Below are positions 53,750 through 63,554 of a DNA stretch of 64,000 nucleotides, one piece after another; positions within the stretch are counted from its first letter, which is position 1; each line of letters starts with the position of its first letter. The DNA is taken from the NCBI GenBank assembly GCA_004431415.1, contig QPMI01000093.1:186001-250000 (forward strand), given 5' to 3'. Both the position numbers and the translations under genes were made by a program. The notes below the pieces were generated by a model, which saw nothing but the letters and a program-made list of their open reading frames with translations, did no database searches and was not told where the DNA came from. This DNA is from Cyanophora paradoxa CCMP329. Taxonomy: Eukaryota; Plantae; Glaucophyta.

Positions 53750-56700
53750 ATGTCTCGGCTCGCGCTCCCTCCGGAGATCCCGGCTAAGCTGGCGAAGAAC
53801 ACGCTGTACGACGTTCTCTGCGTCGGCGACAGCTTCGGCGTCGATTGGACGGTTTCGAGGCCGGCATCAGCGACCAGGCGAAGGAGGCGCAGGCGCGTGC
53901 GCTGGAGGATGGCATGCAGTTCAGCCCGAGCAGCAAGGATGTGCTGCGCAAGACCGAGCTGGCCGAGCGCAAGCGCAAGCTCGCCGCGGCGCGGACTTTG
54001 AACGCCGAGGGTGCCCCCGGCCCGTCGGTGCAGTTCTCCATCGACTCCGTCCTGTCGCGGCTGCGGCTCGCGGAGGTGCTCGCTGCCTCTTTCTCCCTCA
54101 CGCGCCCGGCTCGCAGCGGCTGAGGCGCCGCCGCGCTCGCAGGACGCGGACGTGCGGGCGATGCACGCGGCGCTGAACATGACGGAGGAGAACTTCGACA
54201 CGCCGAGCAAGCCGAAGCCCGGGCGCGATTCCGACGCCCGCCGGCTGTTCGCGGCGCAGCGCCTGCGGCTGCTCATGGGCGCCGTGCCCCGGCACATCGC
54301 CAAGGGCGAGTGGCGCACGATTGGCCTGCTGGCGGGCCCGGAGGAGTTCTACTTCAACCGCATGGCGGAGGCGGCCCCGCACCTGCTCTGGCTGCTGGTG
54401 CTCAGCTCGGACCCGGCCTACACGCCCGAGGTGCGCCCCGGCCGCCCGTGCAGCCGCGGCCGCCCCTCCCCGCCGACCCCCGCCGGCCCGCAGAGGCTGG
54501 CGAAGGGCATCATGGGCGTCGAGGCGCGCTGCATCATGCGGAACAGCCGCGCGTTCATCACGCGCCACGAGAGCTCGGCGGTCTGGGGCGAGCGGCCGGA
54601 CACCGGCGTCCTCACCGACGCCTACGCCATCCGCATCGTGCTGGAGGCGGCCTGCCGGACGTGCCGGGACCGCCACGGGCGCCAGGGCATCTGCGCCTTC
54701 GACCTGGTTCCTGAGTTCGAGGTGCCCGGCGTCACCATCGGCGACCGCGTGCAGGTGCGCCGTTTCTATTTGGATGCTATTTAGATGCTATTTAGACTAT
54801 TTAGATGCCATTTAAACCCCCTCGCAGGTCATCCGCCGGTGCTCGATGCCGGACTCGCACGGGCGGCCCATGATCCACGGCGCCGTGAAGTACGTGGTGC
54901 CGCGGCGCACCCTCGCCCTCACCTTCTTCGTCCCCGTCTTCGACAAGGCGGCCGCCGCCGCCGCCGCCGCCGCCTCCCGCCCCGCCCCATGCTCGCGGCC
55001 GCGGAGTCCTCGGATTCCGACTCGGATTCCGAGGCGGAGCGCGAGGCCGAGGCCGCCGCCGCGGCCCGGGCGCTGGACTTCACGGAGGAGGAGCTGGAGC
55101 GGGCGCGGAGCCTGCCGCGCGCCGGCCAGGCGATGGCCGCGGCCTTCCAGGCGGCGATCGGCGAGGCGACGGCCTCCGCCTCGGGCGCCCGGGCCGGCGG
55201 CAGCATGATCACGGCGGAGGGCCTCGCGCGCGCCATGCGCGTGGCCCAGGCCCAGGCCCAGGCGAAGGGCAAGGGCAAGGGCAAGGCCGCCTACATCGAC
55301 CTGCGGTTCGAGGAGGAGGAGGCGGGTGCCCCGGCGGCGCGGCGCGATCTCGGCGAGGAGATGGAGGCGGCGGCCCCCAAGGCGGCCGGTGCGCCCTCCC
55401 CGCCCCTAATTTCTGAGCCTAGGGCGTTCCAGAGGCGCAAAGGAATGACCCTGCCCACAGAGGAGGAGCTGGAGGCCGAGCGCGAGATGGAGATGGAGGC
55501 CGCGCTGGCGGCGGCGGCGGACGCGAAGGCCTCGCGCGAGCTGGAGGTGGCGGAGGAGTACGCGATGGAGCTGGAGCGCGAGCGCGAGCGCGAGGGCGAG
55601 CCCGATGCGGAGCTGGCGGCGACGGTGGAGGCGGGGGCGGGGGACACCTTCGAGCCCGAGCCCCCCGTCGACGAGTTCTACCCCCTCCCGCCCTCCCCCT
55701 CCCTCGACGGCGCCCCGCCGCCGCCCATCGAGGAGTTCTCGGACGACGAGCCCGGCGACGCCGGCCCCAGGCCGCCCCTCGTCTCCCCCGCCGCCCGCCC
55801 GCCCCCGTGCCCCCGCCAGCCCCGCCGCCTCCGACGTCTCCTGGCGCCCGAGCGGCAACCCCTCGGCCTTCAGTCCCTTCCGCCCCTCGCAGCCCTCGCA
55901 GCGCCCGCCGCCCTCCGTCCAGGGTACCCCCTCGCCCGCCCATCCCCTCGCCGCCGCGGGGCACGCCCGTCGCCACGCCCGCCTCCTCCCTCGGCCACAT
56001 GCCCCTCCGCCCCTCCGGCCCCCCGCGCCGGCCGCCTCTCCCGCCGGGCCCAGCAGCGGCGCGAGCGCGAGCGGCAGCTGCTGCGCGATCAGCGGGCGGA
56101 GGCGGAGGCGGACCACGACGACGGCCAGGCGTCGGAGAGCGACGGCGAGCCGCCGCGCGCCACCAGGCTGGAGCTGGCGCGGGCGGAGCTGGCGGTGCAG
56201 CCGCGCGAGGCGCCCGAGATCGACATGTCCAAGTACGACGACGTGACAACGTACAGCAAGGACAACAAGTCCAAGAAGGAGGCGGCCATTCAGGATGCGC
56301 TCCGCCTCTTCGTCAAGAACAACGTGCGCCCCGCCCCCTTAGCTGCGCGCCCCGCCCCCTTAGAGGCCGGAGGCGGCCGTGGCCCAGCTGCTTAAGGCGC
56401 TGGGCCCGAGCCGCCTTCGGCCGGTGCGCCCCCCTCCCCGCGTTCGAACCCCGCTAACCCCCTTTTGCCGGCGCAGCGGATCGTGCGCCAGAGACCCTAC
56501 GGCCCGAACTCCCCGCCCACCTTCTACGTCGAGCTCCCGAACCTCTTCGTGTACGACAAGGTCAGCGCGAACAGGCACGCCGGGCGCGGGACGATGAAGG
56601 AGGTCATCCAGCTGCTGGCGATGACCTTCCACAAGACCTACGAGTCCAACCCCGGCTCCTTCGAGTTCACCTTCTCGAAGGAGGTGCTCTCGGGGCGGAC

Positions 56701-58916
56701 GCGCACGTTCGTGGAGGAGTCCCTCCAGCTCGAGGACGTCTGCCCCGAGATGCCCGTCATCCCCGGCTTCGCCTTCGCCTGCGACACGCGTGCGCCGCCC
56801 GTACCCCTGCGCCCCGCCCCGTACCCCGCCGACGCCCCTTGCGCAGATTTCGTGGTGCGGGCGCCGCAGGACAGCACGGGCAGCGCCTGCGTCCTCGTCA
56901 TGACGCACGAGGAGGCACGGGAGCGGTACGCGGGCTACATGAACACCTGCTACATCCAGGGGCGCCTGCCCGCGGGCATCGAGGAGGCGACCGAGACCTG
57001 CGACTGGCCCACCGTGTACGGCATGCTGCACCCCTTCATGCCCAACGTCGTCAAGCACCTGGCGGACAACGGCTACGTGACGGCCGACGAGTTCGGCTAC
57101 GCGGCGGCCGTCCTCTACGCCTTCAACCTCGTCGGGCCGTGGAACTTCTGCGACAAGCCCGTCTTCGACCGGGAGCCGCGCGCGGAGATCGAGCCGCCGT
57201 CCGAGGGCGCCATGCTGCAGTACTGCGGCATCATCAAGGGCCAGTCGGGCACAGGCAAGTCGATGGTGACGCAGATCATGACGGAGTGCCTGCCGCCGGG
57301 CCGCGTCTGCGTCTACCGCCCCTCCAAGGGCTCGGCCTTCTCGGAGCACGGCGGCGAGGAGGCGATCTGCATGGTGATGGCGGAGGGCCTCGACCCTAAG
57401 GCCTGCTCGGAGGAGGAGCTCAAGATGCGCTCCGGCGACGCCTACTCCCGCAACTTCAAGAACGTCCGCGGCGACGATGTGCGCACCAAGGCGACGCGCA
57501 AGGTGCTTGTCATCGTCTGCAACAGCTTCCCGCAGGTGCGCCCGTTCCCCTGCCCCCTTCCCCTTCCCCGGCGCCCTTTCTCACTTGCCCCGGCGCAGCT
57601 CGAGAACCGCATGCTCGAGTTCTTCGCCCGCGTCGTCCTGATCCCCTCGACCACAAGCCGGCCAAGAAGCGCACCTACCTCCACTCCGACATCCGCGAGA
57701 ACGAGCTGCCGGCGCTCATGGTCGCGGCCTTCACCTTCGCGTGGAAGATCATCCACGCGCTCTCCGACGGCAAGGCCTCCTGCATCCAGGCCTTCGAGCC
57801 GGCGTGGCTGCGGGCGCAGCGCCTCGGCTTCTGGCAGGAGACGGCCTCCTGTCCCCTCACCCGCTTCATCATCGCCCACTGCGCCGTCGACCCCACCACC
57901 TACGTCGCCGCCCCGAACACGGAGGGCTACATGACGAGCGTCGCGGGCATCGTCGAGTACATCGCGCGCACGGAGGGCCCCGACACCTCCGCCGCCGTCG
58001 GCGCCGACATCGAGAACGGCCGGCTGGACGAGACCCTCGCCGGCTTCGGCTCCTGGTGCCGCCCCTACTCCTACAAGCTCGGCGGCGTCTGGCAGACCTA
58101 CATCCGCGGCATCGTCCCCAAGGCCCCGCTCTCCCTCGGCGAGAGCCAGCCGGCGCTGGAGGCGATCGCGATCCCCGTCGCCCAGTTCAAGGACCCGGCG
58201 CCCGACGTCGGGCCCTTCCTCGTCAAGCCCCACACCAAGGGCAAGGGCAAGCGCACCCGCAACTCGGCGCCGGCCTTCCTCCCGCCCCAGCCCCCGCCAC
58301 GGCCCCCAGCAGCGCCCCGGCCAGCAGCGCATCGACGAGATGCTGCCGCGCCAGGTCCGGCCCCGCGTACCCCCGCCTTCCCTCCCGTACCCCCCTCCCC
58401 CGCCCCCTCCTGATCCAAGGGCAGGGTACCCCGACGAACGGCGGCGCGGGCCCGAGCGGCTACGGGAGCTCGGCCTCCTCCGCGAGCGCCGACGGCCCCA
58501 GCCCCCTCCCCGGCCCCGGCGCCGTCCTCACCGCGATCCAGGGCTTCGGGGCCCAGCAGGAGGCCGAGCGGCGGGCGCTGGCGGCGCGCCAGGCGCGCGA
58601 GGCGGAGGAGCGGCGCCAGGCCCTCTGGGCCCAGCGCCTGCAGGCCACCATCGCCTTCCGCGCCGAGCTGGACTCCGGCTTCCGCGCCGGCCAGATCGCC
58701 GGGGCGGAGGCCTCGGAGCGCTGGCGGGCGTTCGAGGCGGAGTCGGCGGGGCTGGCGAAGGGCCTCGGCTACAGCTACCGGCGCGTGCCCGTGCTCAAGG
58801 ACTACGCGTCGGCCGCGGCGCGGGAGGCCTCGCGGGCGGAGATCGACGCGGCGGAGGAGCAGGCGGCGCGCGAGGAGGCCGAGGACAACGCGCGCTTCCG
58901 GCACCTGCACCACTGA
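53750..58916 (+). CDS. Large intron-containing protein with a D5/P4-type superfamily 3 helicase domain (~56480-57760)
   Basis: Walker A IIKGQSGTGKS (57239-57262), variant Walker B CMVMAE, GDAYSRNFK, sensor-1 LVIVCN, FARVVLIP. The N-terminal half is unrecognised and may be a separate gene. Confidence 0.72.
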
Positions 58917-58965
58917 GGCCCCGAGGCGGTATTTTTTCTCAACCCTCCCTCAATTCGGTCCCGCG

Positions 58966-59154
58966 ATGGCCTTCGAAGCTTATCCTGCCCACTACTCGCT
59001 AGGAGCGCTGGCCGCGACCCTCACCTGGCTCCTCGGCGGCACCCCCACGGCCTCGGCGGTCATAGGCGTGGGCTTCGGCTACGCCGCCAAGTCCCTCTAC
59101 GCCCCCGGCGGCGCCTCGCAGGCGGCGGCCGGCATGCGCCCCGCCGGGCGCTAA
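58966..59154 (+). CDS. Small hydrophobic protein (62 aa)
   Basis: ATG with upstream TTTTTTCTCA; two hydrophobic segments. Confidence 0.55.
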   Translation: MAFEAYPAHYSLGALAATLTWLLGGTPTASAVIGVGFGYAAKSLYAPGGASQAAAGMRPAGR

Positions 59155-59249
59155 CTTTTCAAAGTTCATTCTCCCCTCCCCCTTTTCCGAGTTCCGAGTC
59201 CGTTGGCGTTCCCTTTTAAATTTTCTTCATTCTCGTTACACGTTCGAAG

Positions 59250-59729
59250 ATGTCGAGCGCGGTAGAGAAGCTGCTGTGCACCGTGTTCAAATCGGATTCG
59301 CGATGCAGCAAGATCGGCGAGGCGGCGAGGGCTAAGGGCGGGGCGGCGGCGGAGGGGCCCAGGGTGAAGGCGGCGGATCCCGCGCCGCCGTCGCTGAAAA
59401 CGATCAAGGGGGCGGGCAAGGGCAGGAGCGTGGGGGCGCTGCCCCTCGTGGCGATCGCGCCGGGGCAGAGGGAGGCGGCGCACGCGGCGACGGCGGCGCT
59501 GGCCGCGCGGCGGCAGGCGGAGGCCTACCCGTGCCTGGGCCGGGGGCTGCACCCGCCGGCCGGCCGCCCCTACGCCGTGAGCGCCTACTTCGACGAGGCC
59601 AACCGGCTGAGCTGCCAGGAGCTGTGCGACAACCGCATGCGGCGCGCCGTGGACGGGCACCTGCCGCTGCTGGTGGCGCTGGGCGGCTCGCTCCTGATGG
59701 TCTGGTACCTGCGCGGCCTGGTCATTTAG
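59250..59729 (+). CDS. Hypothetical protein with C-terminal TM helix and four Cys
   Basis: Ends LPLLVALGGSLLMVWYLRGLVI*. Confidence 0.65.
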   Translation: MSSAVEKLLCTVFKSDSRCSKIGEAARAKGGAAAEGPRVKAADPAPPSLKTIKGAGKGRSVGALPLVAIAPGQREAAHAATAALAARRQAEAYPCLGRGLHPPAGRPYAVSAYFDEANRLSCQELCDNRMRRAVDGHLPLLVALGGSLLMVWYLRGLVI

Positions 59730-59755
59730 ATAGTTTTTCGAAGTCTAGGTCAAAG

Positions 59756-60157
59756 ATGGGCTGGGTGGACGCCGTGCTGACCAAGGTCTTCGGACCGAAG
59801 AGCGCGCAGCCGCCGCCGAGCTTCAACCTGGCCGCGGCGATCAGCACGACGATCGAGCGCAAGAACAACGAGCTCATCCTAAAGAACGACGGCAAGCTTC
59901 CCTGGGCCGACGTGGCCGCGGGCGCACTCGGCAGCACGCTGACGGGAATCGATCGGACGGGCGCCGCGGGCGTGAAGGTCGGGCAGGCGGTTGCGGCCGT
60001 GCCGGAGCTTGCGATGAAGGGCTGGCACTACGCCAAGATCGCCGCCGGCGTCGCCGCGGTGCTCCTTGCGATCTGGCTCGCGTGGCAGCTGCGCGGCGCC
60101 TACCAGGGCGCGCGCCTGCAGAGCGCCCAGCTCGACTATTTTCTAAAGGCTAGGTAA
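59756..60157 (+). CDS. Hypothetical membrane protein (MGW start)
   Basis: MGWVDAVLTKVFG...IAAGVAAVLLAIWLAWQL; upstream TTTTTCGAAG. Confidence 0.65.
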   Translation: MGWVDAVLTKVFGPKSAQPPPSFNLAAAISTTIERKNNELILKNDGKLPWADVAAGALGSTLTGIDRTGAAGVKVGQAVAAVPELAMKGWHYAKIAAGVAAVLLAIWLAWQLRGAYQGARLQSAQLDYFLKAR

Positions 60158-60169
60158 AGCGAGCGAACC

Positions 60170-60542
60170 ATGCGCGGCGGCTCTTCCCCCGTGTTTCCTT
60201 CGCTGAGAACCCGGTGGCGAACGCAGTCGCCCCTACCCCCTGGAGCCCGGAGTGAAGCTGGAGCGTGCGAACGCAGTCTCCGTCAAGAAGGCCAAGCGCA
60301 CGCTGGCGCTGGAAGTCCCGGTCGCGGAGGATACGGAGAAGGTTGCATTCAACAAGCGCAAGACGTACAAGGCGATACGCGAGGGACAGCTGCTGCCCAC
60401 GGACTCGGTTCCCGGGCTGCCGGGCACCACGGCCGGCGAGCTCCTAGTGCGCAACCTGCGCCTGCAGTACGTCTCCCGCCTCCGCCGCTCCAAGGCCAAG
60501 AAGGCGCGCCTGGACTCGGGCGATAGCAGCTCTAGCTCGTAG
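60170..60542 (+). CDS. Small basic protein (probable indel in the C run near 60238)
   Basis: K/R-rich frame KLERANAVSVKKAKR...RLRRSKAKKARLD; ATG 60170 with upstream ATTTTCTAAA. Confidence 0.5.
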
Positions 60543-60569
60543 GGCTCTGTACTGTTGTATTCAATGCCT

Positions 60570-60854
60570 TTACCAGTTCCTGTTCCTATCCCAGAGCACG
60601 ACTCGGGTGAAGGGCACGGTCATAGCGAACATGAACTCGGCGAACTTTGCAAAGTTCATCAGGGTTCCCAGGCGGGGATCCTCCCAGTAGATCGCCTCGC
60701 GCAGCGCCTCGTAGACGCGCATGAGGGAGCGCTCGTTCTCCGTCGCGAAGGCGTCGCCGGGCTCGTCGGGGTCGGGATCCGTGAGCTCGGAGTACTCGTC
60801 CGAGCTGCCCGCGCTCTCGGCACCTGCGGCGGGGTCGGGCGAGGGGTCGGGCAT
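60570..60854 (-). CDS. Small acidic protein resembling small conserved algal-virus hypothetical proteins
   Basis: Acidic N-terminus, then F...NERSLMRVYEALREAI...LMNFAKFAEFMF; upstream ATTTTCTAG. Confidence 0.6.
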   Translation of the reverse strand: MPDPSPDPAAGAESAGSSDEYSELTDPDPDEPGDAFATENERSLMRVYEALREAIYWEDPRLGTLMNFAKFAEFMFAMTVPFTRVVLWDRNRNW

Positions 60855-60890
60855 TCTCTACTAGTAGAAGGGCTAGAAAATCACTAGCAA

Positions 60891-61232
60891 TCACGGGCGC
60901 CGGAACTCCATCGAGTCGCCGCGCCAGTACTTGTTGCCGGAGGCGAGCAGCTTCATCGGCTCGCCCGTCGAATCGTGCTTCCAGGCCTCGCCGTCCCAGA
61001 GGGCCGTGCCGCCGTCCTCTAGCTTGAGGCGGTGGCCCGGCTCGAGCCGGTTGCCGTCGAGCATGCGGCCGGCCATGAGCGCCAGGTCCCACTCGGTGAG
61101 GTTGCGCTGCTCTGCGGGGGTGAGGCCGCGCTCGACGCGCTCGGGCTGGCGCGCCTCGCGCTCCATGCGGCTGAGGCCTACCAGGAAGAAGATGGGCAAC
61201 GCAAAGGCCATGAGATCTAGCAGGGCCTCCAT
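60891..61232 (-). CDS. Hypothetical protein with N-terminal TM helix
   Basis: MEALLDLMAFALPIFFLVGLSR...; upstream TTTTCTAAG. Confidence 0.6.
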   Translation of the reverse strand: MEALLDLMAFALPIFFLVGLSRMEREARQPERVERGLTPAEQRNLTEWDLALMAGRMLDGNRLEPGHRLKLEDGGTALWDGEAWKHDSTGEPMKLLASGNKYWRGDSMEFRRP

Positions 61233-61242
61233 TGGGCAAGAC

Positions 61243-61530
61243 TTAGAAAAGGTTCCGGACCAGGCCCGAGAGCTGCGGGCCCAGGCGCCGGGCGGCGTAG
61301 TAGAGCGCGGCCGCCGCCGCCGCAAGGATCAGAAGGCGCGGCGGGCCGCGCGCCGGCTCCTCCAGGGTCAGGTCCACGGTCTCCGGCCCGCGCGCCGGAG
61401 CCGCCAGGATCTCGGGCTCGGAGCAGAGGGACTTGGGCCCGCGGCGGCGGCGCTGCTTGGGCGCCGAGGCGGCGGCGGTGAGAAGGTCCTCAGGCTCCTG
61501 CTTGATACCTGCGCAATCGGTGAAGTCCAT
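61243..61530 (-). CDS. Hypothetical protein with C-terminal TM helix
   Basis: MDFTDCAG...RLLILAAAAAALYYAARR; upstream AATTTTCCAAG. Confidence 0.55.
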   Translation of the reverse strand: MDFTDCAGIKQEPEDLLTAAASAPKQRRRRGPKSLCSEPEILAAPARGPETVDLTLEEPARGPPRLLILAAAAAALYYAARRLGPQLSGLVRNLF

Positions 61531-61598
61531 GCTTGCTGGGTACCTTGGAAAATTGTGGGAGGCGTCCGGAGTGTGCGAACGTAGCTCCAATGGGATTT

Positions 61599-62262
61599 GC
61601 GTCATTTACGTCCGCGTCATTTACGTCACGGAGTTTGCCGGCGACTCGGGACTCGGGCCCAACTTCTCCCGGTAAGTTCGAGACTTGAACTCGGCGGGGG
61701 TACCCCCGGTGTCCTAGTGTCCTAGTGTCCTAGTGCTACTAGCTAGGTGGTATCGATATCTAGCTAGCTAGCGCTAGCGCTTGCTTAATTAATTAACCTG
61801 AAGGGTCGCGTCATTTACGTCAGCGTCATTTACGTCACGGAGTTTGCCGGCGACTCGGGACTCGGGCCCAACTTCTCCCGGTAAGTTCGTCACGACCAGT
61901 AGCTACTAGTACCGCTAGTACTACGTAGTACTACTTAGTACTACTTGGTACTACTTAGTACTACTAGCTTAGTACTAGTAGCCACCGATACTGGTACAGC
62001 TTTTATAGATTTAAGCATTCATTCAATGTGAATAACGATAATAGTAATAATAATAACGATAAGTAATAGGGATACCCTATTTTTCCAAGTCTCGAACTTA
62101 CCGGGAGAAGTTGGGCCCGAGTCCCGAGTCGCCGGCAAACTCCGTGACGTAAATGACGCTGACGTAAATGACGCGACCCTTCGGTAACCTCCGCAACCCT
62201 TCAGGTAAATGTCAGGTAACTTCAGTTGAGTTAATTAAGCAAGCGCTAGCTAGCTAGATATC
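61599..62262. repeat. Direct and inverted repeat complex of TGACGTAAATGACGC modules around an AT-rich spacer
   Basis: An ~80-90 bp module at 61599-61689 and 61800-61889, reverse-complemented at 62086-62182; outer arms 61755-61799 and ~62231-62262. Confidence 0.9.
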
Positions 62263-62671
62263 ACAGCTCTACCTTGCCCAAGTTGATGGTATCTAGCAGG
62301 GCCTGCTCCTCCAAGTCTGCACCGCCGCCGCCGCCCAGCGCTAGCGCTAGCTCGATACCGCCTCCGGCCTTGATCTCCCTTGGCTCCAGCCACCTGAGGG
62401 GCTCAGGCCACCTCCTCCTGGTGAAGCCGGTATCGTTGCTCTTGTCCAGCTTGAGGTAGCGGTAGGGCGCCGGCGCCGGCCAGTCCGGCCTGTGGCCGCT
62501 TGCCTCCTTGGCTATGTCCTTGGGCCTACGCGGTCGCAGGTCCGCCTTGGCCTTCGCCCTCTGCAAGGGGCCCAGCGCCTTGAACTTCGGTGCCTTGGTC
62601 GCCGGCAGGGCCTTCGGCTGGGGCTTCACCGCCTTCGGCTGCTGAGGCCTTAGCTGCTTCGATTTCGGCAT
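62261..62671 (-). CDS. Lys/Pro-rich basic protein
   Basis: MPKSKQLRPQQPKAVKPQPK...; overlaps the tail of the upstream ORF. Confidence 0.5.
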   Translation of the reverse strand: MPKSKQLRPQQPKAVKPQPKALPATKAPKFKALGPLQRAKAKADLRPRRPKDIAKEASGHRPDWPAPAPYRYLKLDKSNDTGFTRRRWPEPLRWLEPREIKAGGGIELALALGGGGGADLEEQALLDTINLGKVEL

Positions 62672-62909
62672 ACTTCTTGCTCATAAATGAGAAAAGCGCC
62701 TCGAAGTCGGCCTTTATCTCCTCCTTGGTCCAGGATGTCACCTGATCCGGGTCACCTGAGAACGGCGCATCGAACGCCACGTGGAGCGATTTGCAGGCCT
62801 GAGCTATCATTGGCTCGGGCCAGGCCAGCTCGATCAGCTGAAGGTAGATGTTCAGGGCCTTGTCGAGCTTGGCGCCCTGAGAGACTAGCTGGGAGATAGC
62901 GGGCTCCAT
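62526..62909 (-). CDS. Hypothetical protein (127 aa)
   Basis: MEPAISQLV...; upstream ATTTTCTAAAG. Confidence 0.6.
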   Translation of the reverse strand: MEPAISQLVSQGAKLDKALNIYLQLIELAWPEPMIAQACKSLHVAFDAPFSGDPDQVTSWTKEEIKADFEALFSFMSKKYAEIEAAKASAAEGGEAPAEGPAGDQGTEVQGAGPLAEGEGQGGPATA

Positions 62910-62984
62910 GGTACAGCAGAGCTTTAGAAAATGGCGCCAAGTCCAAGTCCTTTTTTACGGGCGAGGCCTGGGCCGGGGCCAGGG

Positions 62985-63046
62985 CCGAGTCCCAACTCCG
63001 TGACGTAAATGACGCTGACGTAAATGACGCGGACGTAAATGACGCC
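62985..63046. promoter_or_regulatory. Fourth TGACGTAAATGACGC module (three tandem units) in a divergent intergenic region
   Basis: ctccgtgacgtaaatgacgctgacgtaaatgacgcggacgtaaatgacgc. Confidence 0.75.
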
Positions 63047-63170
63047 GAATTTTCAAGTTGCCCTCACCTGAAACTCAGCTGAGCGCTCACCTGACCCTCA
63101 CCTGAACGGCCTCAAAACCGCAGCCCCGCCGCGCCCTCTCCTCACACTTCAAAGCCAAGAGAAATCAAGA

Positions 63171-63380
63171 ATGTGCATCCCCACGTACTTCACCTGCTGT
63201 CTCACCTTCGGCATCTTCGCATACGTCATATACGACGATGAGTTCGACCGAAACACGTTCTACTTCTGCAAGCTCCTTCGCGACATTTCGTCGGAGCACC
63301 GCAAGGGCGATGAGTATGATTGGATTCAACTGCTCCCCTCAAGAACGAGATCGTACTGTGGAGAGAGAAGTGCATTGTAG
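63171..63380 (+). CDS. Small protein with N-terminal hydrophobic segment
   Basis: MCIPTYFTCCLTFGIFAYVIY... Confidence 0.45.
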   Translation: MCIPTYFTCCLTFGIFAYVIYDDEFDRNTFYFCKLLRDISSEHRKGDEYDWIQLLPSRTRSYCGERSAL

Positions 63381-63554
63381 GCAGGTTCAAGATTAGCTCG
63401 ATTCGTGTAGCCGTCGTAGAGGATCTGATGGTGAATTGAACACGTGTTTTACCTGAATCACCTGAGCGCTCACCCGAGGTCAGCTGAAGTCGGGTGGGGC
63501 GCCCTTAAATATTTTCTAGCGCTAGGCTGAAGCACACTCTAAGCTAACGCAAAC

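Noticed and set aside
48063-60542. Calling the viral genes pseudogenes because of frameshifts
   Set aside because: The indels fall mostly in G/C homopolymers and also hit host genes (SbcC near 18800, PCD copy 1), so sequencing error is at least as likely; unresolved without reads.
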